Source: Candidatus Thorarchaeota archaeon
Lineage (GTDB): Archaea; Asgardarchaeota; Thorarchaeia; Thorarchaeales; Thorarchaeaceae
Direction of reading: 5' to 3'
NCBI GenBank assembly: GCA_963726195.1
Contig: CAVSBO010000004.1
Span: forward strand, 64,001 to 128,000
Length of the DNA: 64,000 bases
The number at the start of each line of letters is the position of its first letter. Position 1 is the first letter of the stretch. The notes beneath the pieces are model-generated. The model did no database searches and had not been told where the DNA came from. It saw only the letters and a program-made list of their open reading frames with translations. Of this stretch, positions 52,058 through 63,395 are shown piece after piece. A program made the position numbers and the translations under genes.

Positions 52058-54042
52058 CTAGATTTGATGCCGTGCCGATATTCTGACGACCGAGAGAAAT
52101 GCCAGAGCAGAAGCTCCGCCAATACCGACGAGCAGAATTGCCACCATGGGAGCTGATTGAGCAGAATCTGGTATGTGAGGGTCATGGCCCGTCTGGTATT
52201 CCACTATATTCGTGAGACCATCTCCGTCAGGATCCAATTGTGAATCGTCAACTAGCGGATTGAGGCCATGGGCTACCTCCCAACCATCAGGCATGCCATC
52301 TCCATCCGTGTCGTTGTTATGCGGGTTGGTCCCAAGTGAGTACTCGACGATGTTGATTAGCCCATCATGGTCGGGGTCTTCTCTCGAATCGTCAACAAGA
52401 GGATTGAGGTTGCTGTCGGCCTCCCACCCGTCTGGCATGCCGTCCCCATCCGTGTCATTGTTCTGGGGATTAGTGCCCAGATTGAATTCAGCGATGTTTG
52501 TGAGCCCGTCCTTGTCGGGGTCTTGCTTTGTATCATTGACAAGGGGGTTCAGACCGTATTTGATTTCCCACGCGTCATTCATTCCGTCGTGATCGGTATC
52601 CGCGCTAAATCGGTCTAACCCCAATATCATCTCTTCACCATTCGAGACTCCATCGCCATCGGAGTCGACATCGAACGCATTGTGCCAGAACTCATTGCTG
52701 TCTGTAATGCTGTCTCCTTCAAGGTCTGTGTCGTACGCCAGCACCACATCCACTCTGATTGGATTTACACCTGTGTTGGTTATCCGAAGTGTATGGATTC
52801 CCAGTGTCGTTGTATTGAGGCGTAGTACTGTTGCATTCTCTGCAGACTCGTCACCAGTACTGTCTGAGGCCAGTTCAGAGGAGTTAGGGTCCAACACTGA
52901 GAACCGGAGTCCTGTTCCACCTGACCACGATCCATTGACTTGGACTTGAGTCGGGATTGTCATTTCGAAAGGATAATCGCGGCTCTCACCCGGAGAGATA
53001 TCTGTTGTGTACTTTGAGCATGTCAGCTGACCCTGAACCCGGCTGAGAGTGAATGCAATGCTGGCACCGATGCTAGCGACAGCAATCGCGGCGACCGTGT
53101 AGTTGTACATAGGGTTGTTCCATGTGTCTTGTGGAGTGTGGTAAGCGTTGTCATGCGCACTCCCACTCTCGAAGACGAATATGTTGCGTTTGTACCCCTT
53201 TTGCACGAATGAGTAGTGGTCTGATTGTCTCCAATACTGGAAAGATGATGATGGCGATGGGAGAATGATAGGGGAGGCGAAATCTGCGCTCATGCACCTA
53301 GCTAGCTCAGCCCAGTATCTGGCATCCTGAGGAATTGTTCCACTGCCCACTTGGTAGTTCATGAGTATCCTCTCATCTGCTGGCAGGCCGGAATCCTGCA
53401 CAAGAAGCATATCGACATTGAAGTTCACAAGGACGTCAATCCTCCAGCTGAGAAACATGCTTGACACTTCTCTACTTCCGTAAAGACCCTGTTCTTCGTT
53501 GTTCCACAGGCAGAAGTAGATGTCCAGCGGCCACTCATACTGCGAAAGTACACGCGCCAGTTCAAGGACGGCTGCAACTCCTGAACCATCGTCATTTGCC
53601 CCGGGCGCACCCGGCACCGAATCAAAATGCCCGCCGATTACAATGGAAGGCCCGTTTGCCCCGAGATATCCTGGCAGCTTTCCTATGACAGACTTGTAGG
53701 TTCCAAGAATGCTGACACTGATTCTGCCGCTCGAAAGGCCGACTAGTTCTTGGGTCAGCCACGATATCGCCCGGGTATTTGCATCGGACCCAAAGTATCG
53801 GCTACCGTTTTCTGTGAGCTTGACTATGAACTGCCGATACGAAGTAAGCGAGAACGTTCTCATAGACCGTCTTGGCCAGATTCGTCGCATATACGAGAAC
53901 AACTGGATGCTTCTTGGCCTTGCGTCTCGGGAGATGATGGAGTGATGTTGACGAAACTGGATTCCCCTTGAAGCGTCATGGAGACCAGCGGGCTTAAAAT
54001 GAAGAGGAGTGAGCAGACTGTGAAGACGTACAGCTTCTTCAA
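52058..54042 (-). CDS. Secreted M28 peptidase with Ca-binding TSP3-like repeats and C-terminal anchor (frameshift ~53890)
   Basis: GGHFDS, GANDDGSG, NEEQGL, SDHYSF, YHT. Confidence 0.85.
52170..52680. repeat. Coding repeat, ~48-aa DTDGDGMPDGWE...DPD.DGL.N..E units x3
   Basis: Visible in the translation. Confidence 0.85.
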
Positions 54043-54254
54043 GGAGCGTTCCTTGGCCTCGGAGTGGTTCGCTGCTCTATTGTACTTTCTGATGAGCGCG
54101 GCATATGGTTTCGCGTGTGCAATGGGACCTAGCATCTGCCAGCATTCGACAGAACTTGACTCCGAAGCTCGGCAACCTAAAATTCATGTTGTTTCTACTT
54201 CGATAGAAAAGCGCAGAATGGACTCTTGTCCCGAACAGAAAAGGGGGCAAAAAC

Positions 54255-55926
54255 TTGAGAATAGCACTAGCTCAGGTCGACCCGACCATGGGCGACTTTC
54301 AGGGAAATCTGAGAAAGATTGGCAATCTTGTTGAGGATGCAAAGAAGAATCACGCAGACATTGTGGCTTTCCCGGAATTGGCCGTCTCAGGATATCCCCC
54401 GCAAGATCTGTTGTATGAGCATTCGTTCGTTAAGGCCAACAAGGCTGCAGTTGAGGAACTAGCTGGCAAGACTGATGGAATCGTTGTCATCGTGGGTTTC
54501 GTGGACTTCGATGAAGAATGGCACCTTTACAACTCCGCCGCACTAATACGAAATCATGAAGTGATGGCCGTTGTCCACAAGACGCTTCTTCCAACATACG
54601 ATGTGTTCGATGAAGCTCGTTATTTCCATCCGAACAGCCGCGAATCAATCGCTCCGGTGTTGGTCGAAGTGGGCAAAGCTTCTATCAAACTCGGAGTAGA
54701 GATTTGCGAAGACCTGTGGGACCATGACTACGACACAAAGGTAACTGACATACTCGCTGAGCGAGGCGCCCAGCTCGTGATCAACATCTCCGCTTCACCT
54801 TTCTACGTTGGCAAGCGGTTCGAACGTGAAGCGTTGTTGAAAGAGAAGGCAATGAAAAACAAGATACCGATGTTCCTTGTCAATCTGGTTGGCGGGCAAG
54901 ACGAGCTCGTTTTTGACGGTCAGAGCCTCGTCGTTGACGCGACAGGAGAGACAGTAGCTGCAGGAGCACCGTTCAAGGAGGACCTGCTCTTGGTCGACTT
55001 CTATCCCGGCAAGCGTATCTCGAAGAAGACCGCACTACCAGAGTATGACAAGGACGAAGAGATACTCAATTGTCTAGTGTTAGGGATTCGTGACTACTTC
55101 TTGAAGACAGGTTTCCAGAGAGCAGTTCTCGGTCTCAGCGGAGGCATCGATTCATCTGTAACAGCTTGCATCGCAGTGGAGGCCCTCGGTTCAAAGAATG
55201 TGATTGGCTTCTCCATGCCGTCCAAGTTTTCGAGTTCTCACAGCAGAACAGATGCCGAGCAGCTGAGCTCAGAATCTGGGCATACGTTTGGTCAAGTTCC
55301 CAATTCAAGACATAGTGGACTCATATCACCGTACTCTAGAGCGTCCCTTGAGTGAAGTCAGGGCTTTATTCGGGCTCGGTGTGGACAAAGATGATTCTGT
55401 AGCTGATGAGAACCTTCAGCCAAGGGCGAGAGGCAATTGCCTAATGGATTTCTCGAACCGGCTGAAGGATCTGAAGATACTCGTTTTGAACACAGGGAAC
55501 AAGACAGAGCTTGCCTTAGGATACTGCACACTCTATGGAGACATGAGTGGGGGAGTGGGCGCTCTCGGCGACGTAAGTAAACTCCAAGTGTTCAGGCTCG
55601 CAGACTACGTAAACCGCAGGGCCGGTCGAGAGATTATCCCAAAGAGCATTCTGACCAAGACGCCTTCACCTGAGCTCAGAGACGACCAGTTTGACCCATT
55701 CGACTTCTCCGTTGTTAGCCCCCTGGTCGATGAGGTAGTTGAGAACCGACGGAGCAGACAGGAATTGATTGAGATGGGTTACCCTCCTTCTGCTGTTGAG
55801 GACGTTTACACTCGAATTAGAAGAGCAGAGTATAAGCGATTCCAAGCTCCTCCGTGCATCAAGATCACCCGGAAAGCTTTCGGAACCGGATGGAAAATGC
55901 CCATTGTGAACCGTTACCGTGGATAA
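54255..55926 (+). CDS. nadE: Glutamine-dependent NAD+ synthetase (frameshift ~55270)
   Basis: FPELAVSGYPP, ICEDLW, GLSGGIDS, ENLQPR, TGNKTE, YCTLYGD. Confidence 0.93.
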
Positions 55927-56116
55927 GCCAATTGCAGGCATATGCTATCTTCGCAGCTGTATCGGACTGCCTCGAACTTAGGCAGAGACGAGTGAATTGC
56001 ATTCAGGTGCGACAGTCGGGTTTTGACACTCCAAGAGGTCTATGCAGAACCGACGCAGCGGTAACCGAAAGTCAAGCGGGCCTAGGGTTTTTATGTGTCC
56101 TGTCTCATGAAAATCC

Positions 56117-58366
56117 TTGTATCGAGGGGCCGTGTTGTCAGTGAAAGACAGCAGAAAAGCAACAATCACTTTCGCTTTTGTTCTTCTTCTCGGCTGCGTG
56201 CTCCAAATGGGCTGTTCCATGGTGCCGGGAAACGAGAACGTTTCCAGAGTGAATACTGCAATAAACAGTGCGCAACCAGTTCTGATCCAGAGTGACAACG
56301 ATTTCATCACTCAGGGTTGGCCTGGTAATGGAAGCTCAGTAAACCCCTATGTTATTCAAGGGTTGCACTTTCAAAGCACACAGCGGCCCTGTGTAAACAT
56401 CTCCAATGTCGAGAGCTACTTTGTAATCAGAGACTGTTCATTTGTTGTTAACTTGACCGAGGGGTATCCTATTTCCGTGAGCTTGTTGAAAGTCAAGCAA
56501 TTCCTGATTGCCAACAGTACATTCAATCAGGGTTTCATTTTTGTACGCAATTCCACAACTTGTGTCTTCAAGGGAAATAACCTGACCTCGAACGTGCCAA
56601 TAGAGGCTTGGTTCTGCAATCACATTGAGCTGACGGACAATCACATTGCCTTCTCCAACCAGCCTATCCAGGTATTGGATTGCGGAAACCTGAGTGCATG
56701 TGGAAACGAGATAGTCGGCGATGGGTATGTCTTTGCCGACTTCAGGAATGCATTTGAATTTGCACACAACAGCGTTTCTGGCGATTTATATTTTAGTCTG
56801 AACGCCGCTTTCGTGAATATCTCCGGAAATGCGTTCGCGAAGGCTCTAGTGACTAGTGTTGAAAATCGCATTGATGTTTCTTCGCCCACCATAATCGTAT
56901 CTCACAACAACTTCACAACCGGAGGCATTCTATTCAGTCGAGATAGGTCTCCGTACGTCAGGGGTCTATTCGACCTGAGCGGCAACTATATGGCGGGTCG
57001 GCTGATTCCATTCCTGAAAGGGCTTCACTCTCAGGCCATTGATTGCTACAGCTATCCAGAAGTTATCGCATATGACTGTGCTGACATCATCTTGTCAAGA
57101 GCACTATTCTCTGAGGCGGCCACGGCAATCGCGGTTCTTGGCTGCAAGAATGTCACTGTCGTTAATGTCTATCCGGGAGGATGCAGTACGGGAATCTTCT
57201 TCCAGGATTGTTACGGATGCACTGTGATGGATTCCCAAACGATGCAATGTGGCACTGGCATAGTCGTGACGAACTGCAGCATATCACGCATATTTCGGTG
57301 TTACCTTCAAGATGGGGGTACAGGGATCTTCCTGCGTAACGCAGACAACGCAACAATCGTTTTCAACACGATGGATGGCAACGATTATGGAATAATGATT
57401 GAGTTCTCCAGTGGACTGCTTGTCTATGGGAACACCTTTGTGGGAAATAGGCAGAGCGTTTTCTACTACTTCTATGCCTCACCCTTCGATAGATGGGACA
57501 ACGGCAACGGAGAGGGCAACGCTTGGAGTGACTACTTTGGAGTCGGGCCATACATAGTGTCGATTATGCCTGGCTGGACTCTTGCCGACCACTATCCAAT
57601 GTCAACACTTGCTCAGGATGCCACACCGATAGCATTCGTCAGAACAGTGGTCCTCATGGTCTCCGCGTTGGTTGTGTGTGTGGTCTGTGCTTGCAGGACA
57701 AGTGGGAGAGGAAAGGGTGCTCTTGCCAAAGCAATGACTTCCCGGAACAACCGGCTGTTGATGGTTTCGCTTGTTTGGCTGCTTGTCCCGCCGTTCGTCC
57801 TCATGATTGAGTTCAGTGACTACATTGGCACAACGGTAGTACTGGGCTCGATGTCATACACTATTTGGTATGATCTTGGTTCGGTCTATGCTTCGCCCAC
57901 TTTCTTCACACTCTCCGGGTACAACTTGTACTCCGTTACTTTTCTGATGCAGATTCTGTGCATCGTCCTTCTATTCGCCCTAGTTGGAATTGCGTGGAAT
58001 GACAAGAGGAGAGGGCAGCACAGGAGGCTAGTCTCTAATCCCATTCTATGGACCGCCGCTGTCTACGCCTTCTTTGCGCTGTTCTTGCGTGGCACTCCAT
58101 ACGATATGTGGTTCAACCCACTTGGAATACCGATACCAATCTCGCCCATCTTGGTTTTCCTGTCCCTTCGTTACGTGGTCCTAGAGGAACCTCATCCGGT
58201 GAAAGACGAATTCAGACTGACAACGGACACGGCGACGCGATGTCCATACTGCGGCGCATCCTACGTCTATCCAAAGGATCGAGTGGCTACTGACGGGACA
58301 GTGCAATGTCAAAACTGTGCAAAGAGGTTTCAGCCGGGTGGCGGATCCGAATCACAGGAGTTGTAG
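56117..58366 (+). CDS. NosD-type parallel beta-helix ectodomain + multi-TM + C-terminal Zn ribbon
   Basis: GWPGNGS..NPYVI, GNAWSDY...DHYP, CPYCGA...CQNCAK. Confidence 0.75.
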   Translation: MYRGAVLSVKDSRKATITFAFVLLLGCVLQMGCSMVPGNENVSRVNTAINSAQPVLIQSDNDFITQGWPGNGSSVNPYVIQGLHFQSTQRPCVNISNVESYFVIRDCSFVVNLTEGYPISVSLLKVKQFLIANSTFNQGFIFVRNSTTCVFKGNNLTSNVPIEAWFCNHIELTDNHIAFSNQPIQVLDCGNLSACGNEIVGDGYVFADFRNAFEFAHNSVSGDLYFSLNAAFVNISGNAFAKALVTSVENRIDVSSPTIIVSHNNFTTGGILFSRDRSPYVRGLFDLSGNYMAGRLIPFLKGLHSQAIDCYSYPEVIAYDCADIILSRALFSEAATAIAVLGCKNVTVVNVYPGGCSTGIFFQDCYGCTVMDSQTMQCGTGIVVTNCSISRIFRCYLQDGGTGIFLRNADNATIVFNTMDGNDYGIMIEFSSGLLVYGNTFVGNRQSVFYYFYASPFDRWDNGNGEGNAWSDYFGVGPYIVSIMPGWTLADHYPMSTLAQDATPIAFVRTVVLMVSALVVCVVCACRTSGRGKGALAKAMTSRNNRLLMVSLVWLLVPPFVLMIEFSDYIGTTVVLGSMSYTIWYDLGSVYASPTFFTLSGYNLYSVTFLMQILCIVLLFALVGIAWNDKRRGQHRRLVSNPILWTAAVYAFFALFLRGTPYDMWFNPLGIPIPISPILVFLSLRYVVLEEPHPVKDEFRLTTDTATRCPYCGASYVYPKDRVATDGTVQCQNCAKRFQPGGGSESQEL

Positions 58367-58443
58367 TCAAGTTGGACCTTCAGGCTCGGGGATTGCTGAC
58401 AGTAATGCTGCTCTGTGACCGGTTGCAGTAGTCCTCGCATATT

Positions 58444-59263
58444 CTAGCCGGGATGCCACAAAGCCACGGTTGCGAGACCCGCATCGATTACAGCATCCAG
58501 TCCCGAGAAGAATGCAGGCTCCATCTTTTCCGAGTCAAAGGGTCCTATTCCCGTCGCAGGCAGGTCCGAGATGCAATTGAGGGATGCCGATGGGATCGCC
58601 GCCTTGGTTGAAATCCCAAGTATTACGGAACTCTCCATATCTACAGCCGTTGCTCCCTTGGCAATCCAGCCCTCGAGGAGTTCCTTGGTTTGTCCTAGGA
58701 GAATATCCGTAGTCCAAATCGCTCCCGCATGTACTGAGAGCCCGCGCTTCTCTGCCTGCCCACCTACATACTTGCTCAGTTCGAAATCGCTGGCGACCTG
58801 TGTCTCCAATCCGAAGTACGCCGACCCGCAGCCATCACCGACAAGCGCCTCATTGGCAACAAAGGCATCTCCCACTTTCTGTGAAGGTCCAAGTCCCCCG
58901 CAGACATCGCCACGGACGACGAGAATGGGTTTCGTTCTCACGACAGCCTCCATCACCATTGCGGGCAGAAGGCGTCCCCATGCCCGTGTCGACTATTCCA
59001 ACCTGACTATCCATATAGACCCCGGTCGTCACCCTACCGTGCGAACGTGCATGTTTCAGTCTCCCACACGCCTTCTTCAAGATGAAAGAAGTAGCCACGA
59101 GTAGTAACCTCTTTGGGACAGAGTCTGCGTTCGTATCCAAAAGCCCGCGCACTATCCTCTCATCACCGTCCATGTTGCTGAGGACTCGAGATGCAATCCC
59201 AGCGATTACTTTGTCCTTCGTCTTGGTTTTCACAAGATGCACGTCCCAGAGCGGTCGATTCAT
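58444..59263 (-). CDS. Nucleoside phosphorylase (PNP/UDP family; frameshift ~58965; start uncertain)
   Basis: GMGTPSA, WTTD, AVDMES, ISD. Confidence 0.8.
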
Positions 59264-59293
59264 TCAACATTCACACACGAATGCAATAGAAAA

Positions 59294-59680
59294 CTACCAG
59301 CCTTGTGGCGTCTGCGGCAACGGTATCTCCGCCGTGTAGTTCTTGCCGCATTCGCAGGTCAGTTTCACAGACCAACGCTTTGGTGTTGGAACATTGAACT
59401 CTCTCACGACATCAGCCAAGTTCCTTTTGATTCCGTCAATCAGCTTGACGTAGGCAGCGCCCAGTTGTTGAAGCTCGTTTGGAAAATCCAAGTCTGACAT
59501 AAAGTACCTGTACGAATCTCTGCATTCGGGACAAGCTGTGGCCATGACGCTTGTCCTGTCACCGCATTTCTCACATACAACCTCAATCGAGTCCATCTTG
59601 GGAGCTAGCGGGATCTCAAGGGTGGTATCATTTCTCTGGCCGCATTTGTGGCAGAAGTAGCTAAACGCGAATTTCGGCAT
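59294..59680 (-). CDS. Multi-Zn-ribbon hypothetical protein
   Basis: CHKC, CEKC, CPEC, CEC. Confidence 0.7.
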   Translation of the reverse strand: MPKFAFSYFCHKCGQRNDTTLEIPLAPKMDSIEVVCEKCGDRTSVMATACPECRDSYRYFMSDLDFPNELQQLGAAYVKLIDGIKRNLADVVREFNVPTPKRWSVKLTCECGKNYTAEIPLPQTPQGW

Positions 59681-59941
59681 TCTGAGACCTCGGGAACTCG
59701 TTCGCTATCACAGCTTGTGACGCTAAAAGCATGTCTGATGCAACAGTCAGTGGTAATTCGCCTCAGCTCTATCAAGACTGCTCTTCTCGCTCCAGCGATT
59801 GAGTGGGATCTGGCTTTCTGGGCTGTTGAGAATCACATGTCACTGCCTCTTCATGTTGAGGCTCTCCCGGAAGTCAGCCTAATCGTATTCTATTCACTAC
59901 CCGGCTGGATTTATATCGTGACTCAGTATTGGGCGGTCATC

Positions 59942-60667
59942 ATGAGTGAGAGCGATATCCTGAAACTCATCCAGCAGAGGCAATCTGCTCGACTTCCCTT
60001 TGATCCGAACCGGCAGGTCTCCAAAGAGGACCTAAAGAAGATTCTAGAAGCGGGTAGGTGGGCGCCCACAGCTCACAATATGCAGAACTACGAAGTTCTT
60101 GTCGTTGATGACAAGAAGGTTCTGGAAAAGATAGGGAACATCAAATCTCGCATCTCCGTAGAGTTCTTGCGCGAGAACTATGAACAGCTCTCGTTCTCGG
60201 AAGAGGAGTTACGTAAGAAGAAGGTCGGAATCCTCGGTACACAGTTTCCGCCAGCGTGGAGAGACCCTGCCAAGATGGAAGAAGTCGCACGCAAAAGCGA
60301 GCCTTCGCCACTCACCCAAAGGATTGGTAATAGTCCGATGCTTCTGATTGTGATTTACGATTCCAAGAAGAGAGCGCCTGCTTCGGAAGGCGATGTCTTG
60401 GGTTTCATGAGCCTCGGTTGTGTCATGCAGAACATGTGGCTCATGGCACAGTCATTAGGAATTAGTCTTCAGATACTGAGCGCCTTCAGCGCATATCCTG
60501 TAGCGAAGGAGGTGAAGCGAATTCTCGGCATCCCTGAGCACATGAACATCGCATTTACTCTTCGCCTCGGGTACCCTGCTTCTCAGCCAGCTAAGTACCT
60601 GAGAGTTAGAAGAGATGTGGGAGAATTCACCCACCACAATCAGTATCAGAACACGGGCATTGACTGA
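59942..60667 (+). CDS. Nitroreductase family protein
   Basis: RQSAR, APTAHNMQ, QNMWLMAQSLG, LGYP. Confidence 0.9.
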   Translation: MSESDILKLIQQRQSARLPFDPNRQVSKEDLKKILEAGRWAPTAHNMQNYEVLVVDDKKVLEKIGNIKSRISVEFLRENYEQLSFSEEELRKKKVGILGTQFPPAWRDPAKMEEVARKSEPSPLTQRIGNSPMLLIVIYDSKKRAPASEGDVLGFMSLGCVMQNMWLMAQSLGISLQILSAFSAYPVAKEVKRILGIPEHMNIAFTLRLGYPASQPAKYLRVRRDVGEFTHHNQYQNTGID

Positions 60668-60771
60668 CCAAGCCGTGCTTTACTGGCCGATTACTCGTTT
60701 GCCCTCAAAGGCTGTCCTATGATGAGCATGACCAGTGCCGCCCTGAGTCTTATATGGACGTGTGAATCTGA

Positions 60772-61449
60772 TTGTACGCAACCATGCAGGAGGATCCGGC
60801 GGCAAGGGCAATCTTCGACAAGCTCAAACAAGAGATGGGTGAGTACTCCATTATACTTGAGACCCACGATCGTCTGACGCGTGCTCTGGGAGCTCCGCTG
60901 GGTGTCCTATTAACGGGAATATGGATACTAAGGCTTCCCATTGACAGGTTCTTCCAGATTGCGCTTGTCAGTACCTGCATGATTGCGACTTTGTTTGCCT
61001 GCATAAGGAACTCCGCCAAATCGACATTCACACGTAGAGATGGGCAGGATGTCTTTACCTACCAGAAAAGGGGTGTGTCTTGGGGTTTTCTTGTAAGCGG
61101 CCTGTTGGGAGAGGCAGTCGTTTTCACCGCTCTGGACTTCCTAACAGTGAACGGCATGCCTGATTCTCCGTCCGTTAGCGTAGGCGTTGCGCTCTTTGCC
61201 GTTGCAGTGACTGTGTTGATTGTTCCTGTGACACCTCTGCTCGCTAACTTGCAGAAGGTGGGATTTCTCAAGACGTCGCTCGAAGTTGTGATTAGCACAA
61301 ACGGCGAACGAGCGGCCCGCTCATCACTTCATGTTTGTTCTGCGGACCAATTTGCGCCCAATCGAGCAGAACAAGACGAGATCATACGGAGATTGGATGC
61401 TGCCTTTTCCGGGCTGACCCACGATACTCTGTCGTCTGGCGGAACATGA
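60772..61449 (+). CDS. Hypothetical 4-TM membrane protein (start uncertain)
   Basis: Hydrophobic segments. Confidence 0.5.
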   Translation: MYATMQEDPAARAIFDKLKQEMGEYSIILETHDRLTRALGAPLGVLLTGIWILRLPIDRFFQIALVSTCMIATLFACIRNSAKSTFTRRDGQDVFTYQKRGVSWGFLVSGLLGEAVVFTALDFLTVNGMPDSPSVSVGVALFAVAVTVLIVPVTPLLANLQKVGFLKTSLEVVISTNGERAARSSLHVCSADQFAPNRAEQDEIIRRLDAAFSGLTHDTLSSGGT

Positions 61450-61530
61450 ATCGGACTTAGTAGCTGATTGTCATTTCACCCCACGGTCGAACTCGAAGAA
61501 GGATGATGGTGAGAAAGCAGTCGCGAGCAC

Positions 61531-62796
61531 CTAAATGACATCAAAGACGATTTCCCAGAAGTCGTGCTCCGAGACCCCTGTGCGCAGTGCTTTAGTCTTA
61601 GCCTTGATTTCATCGAAAGTCTCAAGCGTCTGGCGTTTCTTTTGCTCTTCCTCAGTTGCCTTTACCCGATCGGTGATTTCCTTGAGCTGTTCTGGTGTAG
61701 CTTGAACACCGCCCATCTTCAGAAGATACTCTATGAAGTGACGGCCCGTGAACTTTCCCAGATGAAACTCTCTCCTCCGTCCGACGGTCAGCGGGTTAAT
61801 CGGCTCGTAGGTCATCGAATGAGTTAGCTGACCGTGGGAGTGGATGCCGCTTGAGTGTGTAAAGGCGTTCTCCCCTGTGATGGCCTTGTGTAGCGGTAAC
61901 GGAATGACGAAGCATTTCTCGACGAGTCTTGAAAGACTGTATATCTTCTCCTTGGTTATGCCGGTGCCTACGCCGTACAGCTCTTCGAGGCACATTACGA
62001 CCTCCTCGAATGCAGCATTCCCTGCTCTCTCACCATACCCATTGACGCATACGTGCGGATAGGTGGCTCCCTCTTCAATGGCAGCGAGGGTATTGGCTGT
62101 TGCCAAACCGAAGTCGTTGTGGCAATGGACCGAGATTGGCACCTTGTACTTTGATTTGGTCCAAAGTCTGGCCTTGATTTCGCGCATGATGAACCTCATG
62201 ACTTCTGGTCGGACGAAACCCACTGTGTCTGCTACGCAGATCTTGTCAGCACCAGCATCGATAGCGGTCCGGTAAGCTTGACAAAGAAACTCCATGTCGC
62301 TTCTTGTGGAGTCCTCAGCAATGTAGTCTATTGTGAGACCGTGTGACTTACCATACTCAATGCACTCAACCAGTCGTTCAAGCATCTGTTCTCTTGTCAT
62401 TCGAAGCTGATACTTGAGCCTGAAGTCCGATGTGGCGATGAATATGGGCACTTCCTTCACTCCGGCATCTATGCAGTCATCGATGTCGGATATGACAGCA
62501 CGAGCAGGAGCCCCAATGCTCGCATGACTGAATCCTTCACGAGCAACTGCTGTGACAGCTTGCTTCTCGTTCTCGCTTACTGCCGGAAAGCCCACAACGA
62601 CTATTGCGGCGCCTATGTCGTCAAGCATCTTTGCAATCTCAATCTTCTCATCCACAGTCAACGCAACGCCTGGGGTCTGTTCGCCGTCCCTCAGCGTCTC
62701 ATCCCAGATGAACACTCGGGAGGGAAGGCTTTGGTGCTTGGTCTCACTTCGCGTGTTGTAGTCAACTGCCAATCCGGCTTTGACAAGGGATTCCAT
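61531..62796 (-). CDS. LeuA/homocitrate/citramalate synthase family, no regulatory domain
   Basis: DETLRDGEQ, ADTVG, HCHND, GYGERAGNA, HSSGIH. Confidence 0.88.
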   Translation of the reverse strand: MESLVKAGLAVDYNTRSETKHQSLPSRVFIWDETLRDGEQTPGVALTVDEKIEIAKMLDDIGAAIVVVGFPAVSENEKQAVTAVAREGFSHASIGAPARAVISDIDDCIDAGVKEVPIFIATSDFRLKYQLRMTREQMLERLVECIEYGKSHGLTIDYIAEDSTRSDMEFLCQAYRTAIDAGADKICVADTVGFVRPEVMRFIMREIKARLWTKSKYKVPISVHCHNDFGLATANTLAAIEEGATYPHVCVNGYGERAGNAAFEEVVMCLEELYGVGTGITKEKIYSLSRLVEKCFVIPLPLHKAITGENAFTHSSGIHSHGQLTHSMTYEPINPLTVGRRREFHLGKFTGRHFIEYLLKMGGVQATPEQLKEITDRVKATEEEQKKRQTLETFDEIKAKTKALRTGVSEHDFWEIVFDVI

Positions 62797-62842
62797 AATG
62801 CATCTGCCTGCCTGATTCGCCGCTGTGTAAGATTTCTTGGTC

Positions 62843-63390
62843 TTACTCGAAGCGATAACGGCCCGTTCTTGGGAGCTTGGCCATGCTCTGTTCGAGCATA
62901 TCTCTTTGTTTATTGTACTCCGCCTGCGTAATCTCACCCTTTTCAGAAGACGACTTTGCTCTGTCAAGCTTGTACTGCAGCTTTGCTCTCTCAAGATACG
63001 CGTCCCTGAGTGATGACACTAGGACAGGCTTGGCTCCTGCTTTCTGGCCTATGCCGGTGAGCAACGGTGTATAGCAGATCTCCTCAATATGGAAGGCGTA
63101 CTCTAGGCCGCGCTGGAGGATCCTGTTCCAGAGCGGGCACGACTTGATTTCAATCTCCTTACCTTTCTGGTCCACCTCAAGTCCAATCGCCCTGAGTGTC
63201 TCTGCAGCTGTGCGTGCAGCACCTTCGGGTCCCTTGGCTGCAGCTTTTCGGCCGCCTCTTGTCCCAACTGCTTGAAACCACCGATGTAGCCTTCGTACAT
63301 CGAGAGAGCGCCGACTGTATTCCTGAGTGACCACCAGAGACCGTCCAAGAACGCTATGAACCCATTTCTGAGTATCTCAAGCTCGCTCAT
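62843..63390 (-). CDS. Hypothetical protein, possible 4VR-like ligand/metal-binding fold (frameshifted)
   Basis: FLDGLWW, SCPLW, EICY; joined from two ORFs. Confidence 0.55.
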
Positions 63391-63395
63391 GTCGT

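Noticed and set aside
55966-55985. Third copy of the structured element (short matches here and near 17010 and 59856)
   Set aside because: Only 8-11-bp matches, without the arms or hairpin 2; compatible with chance.
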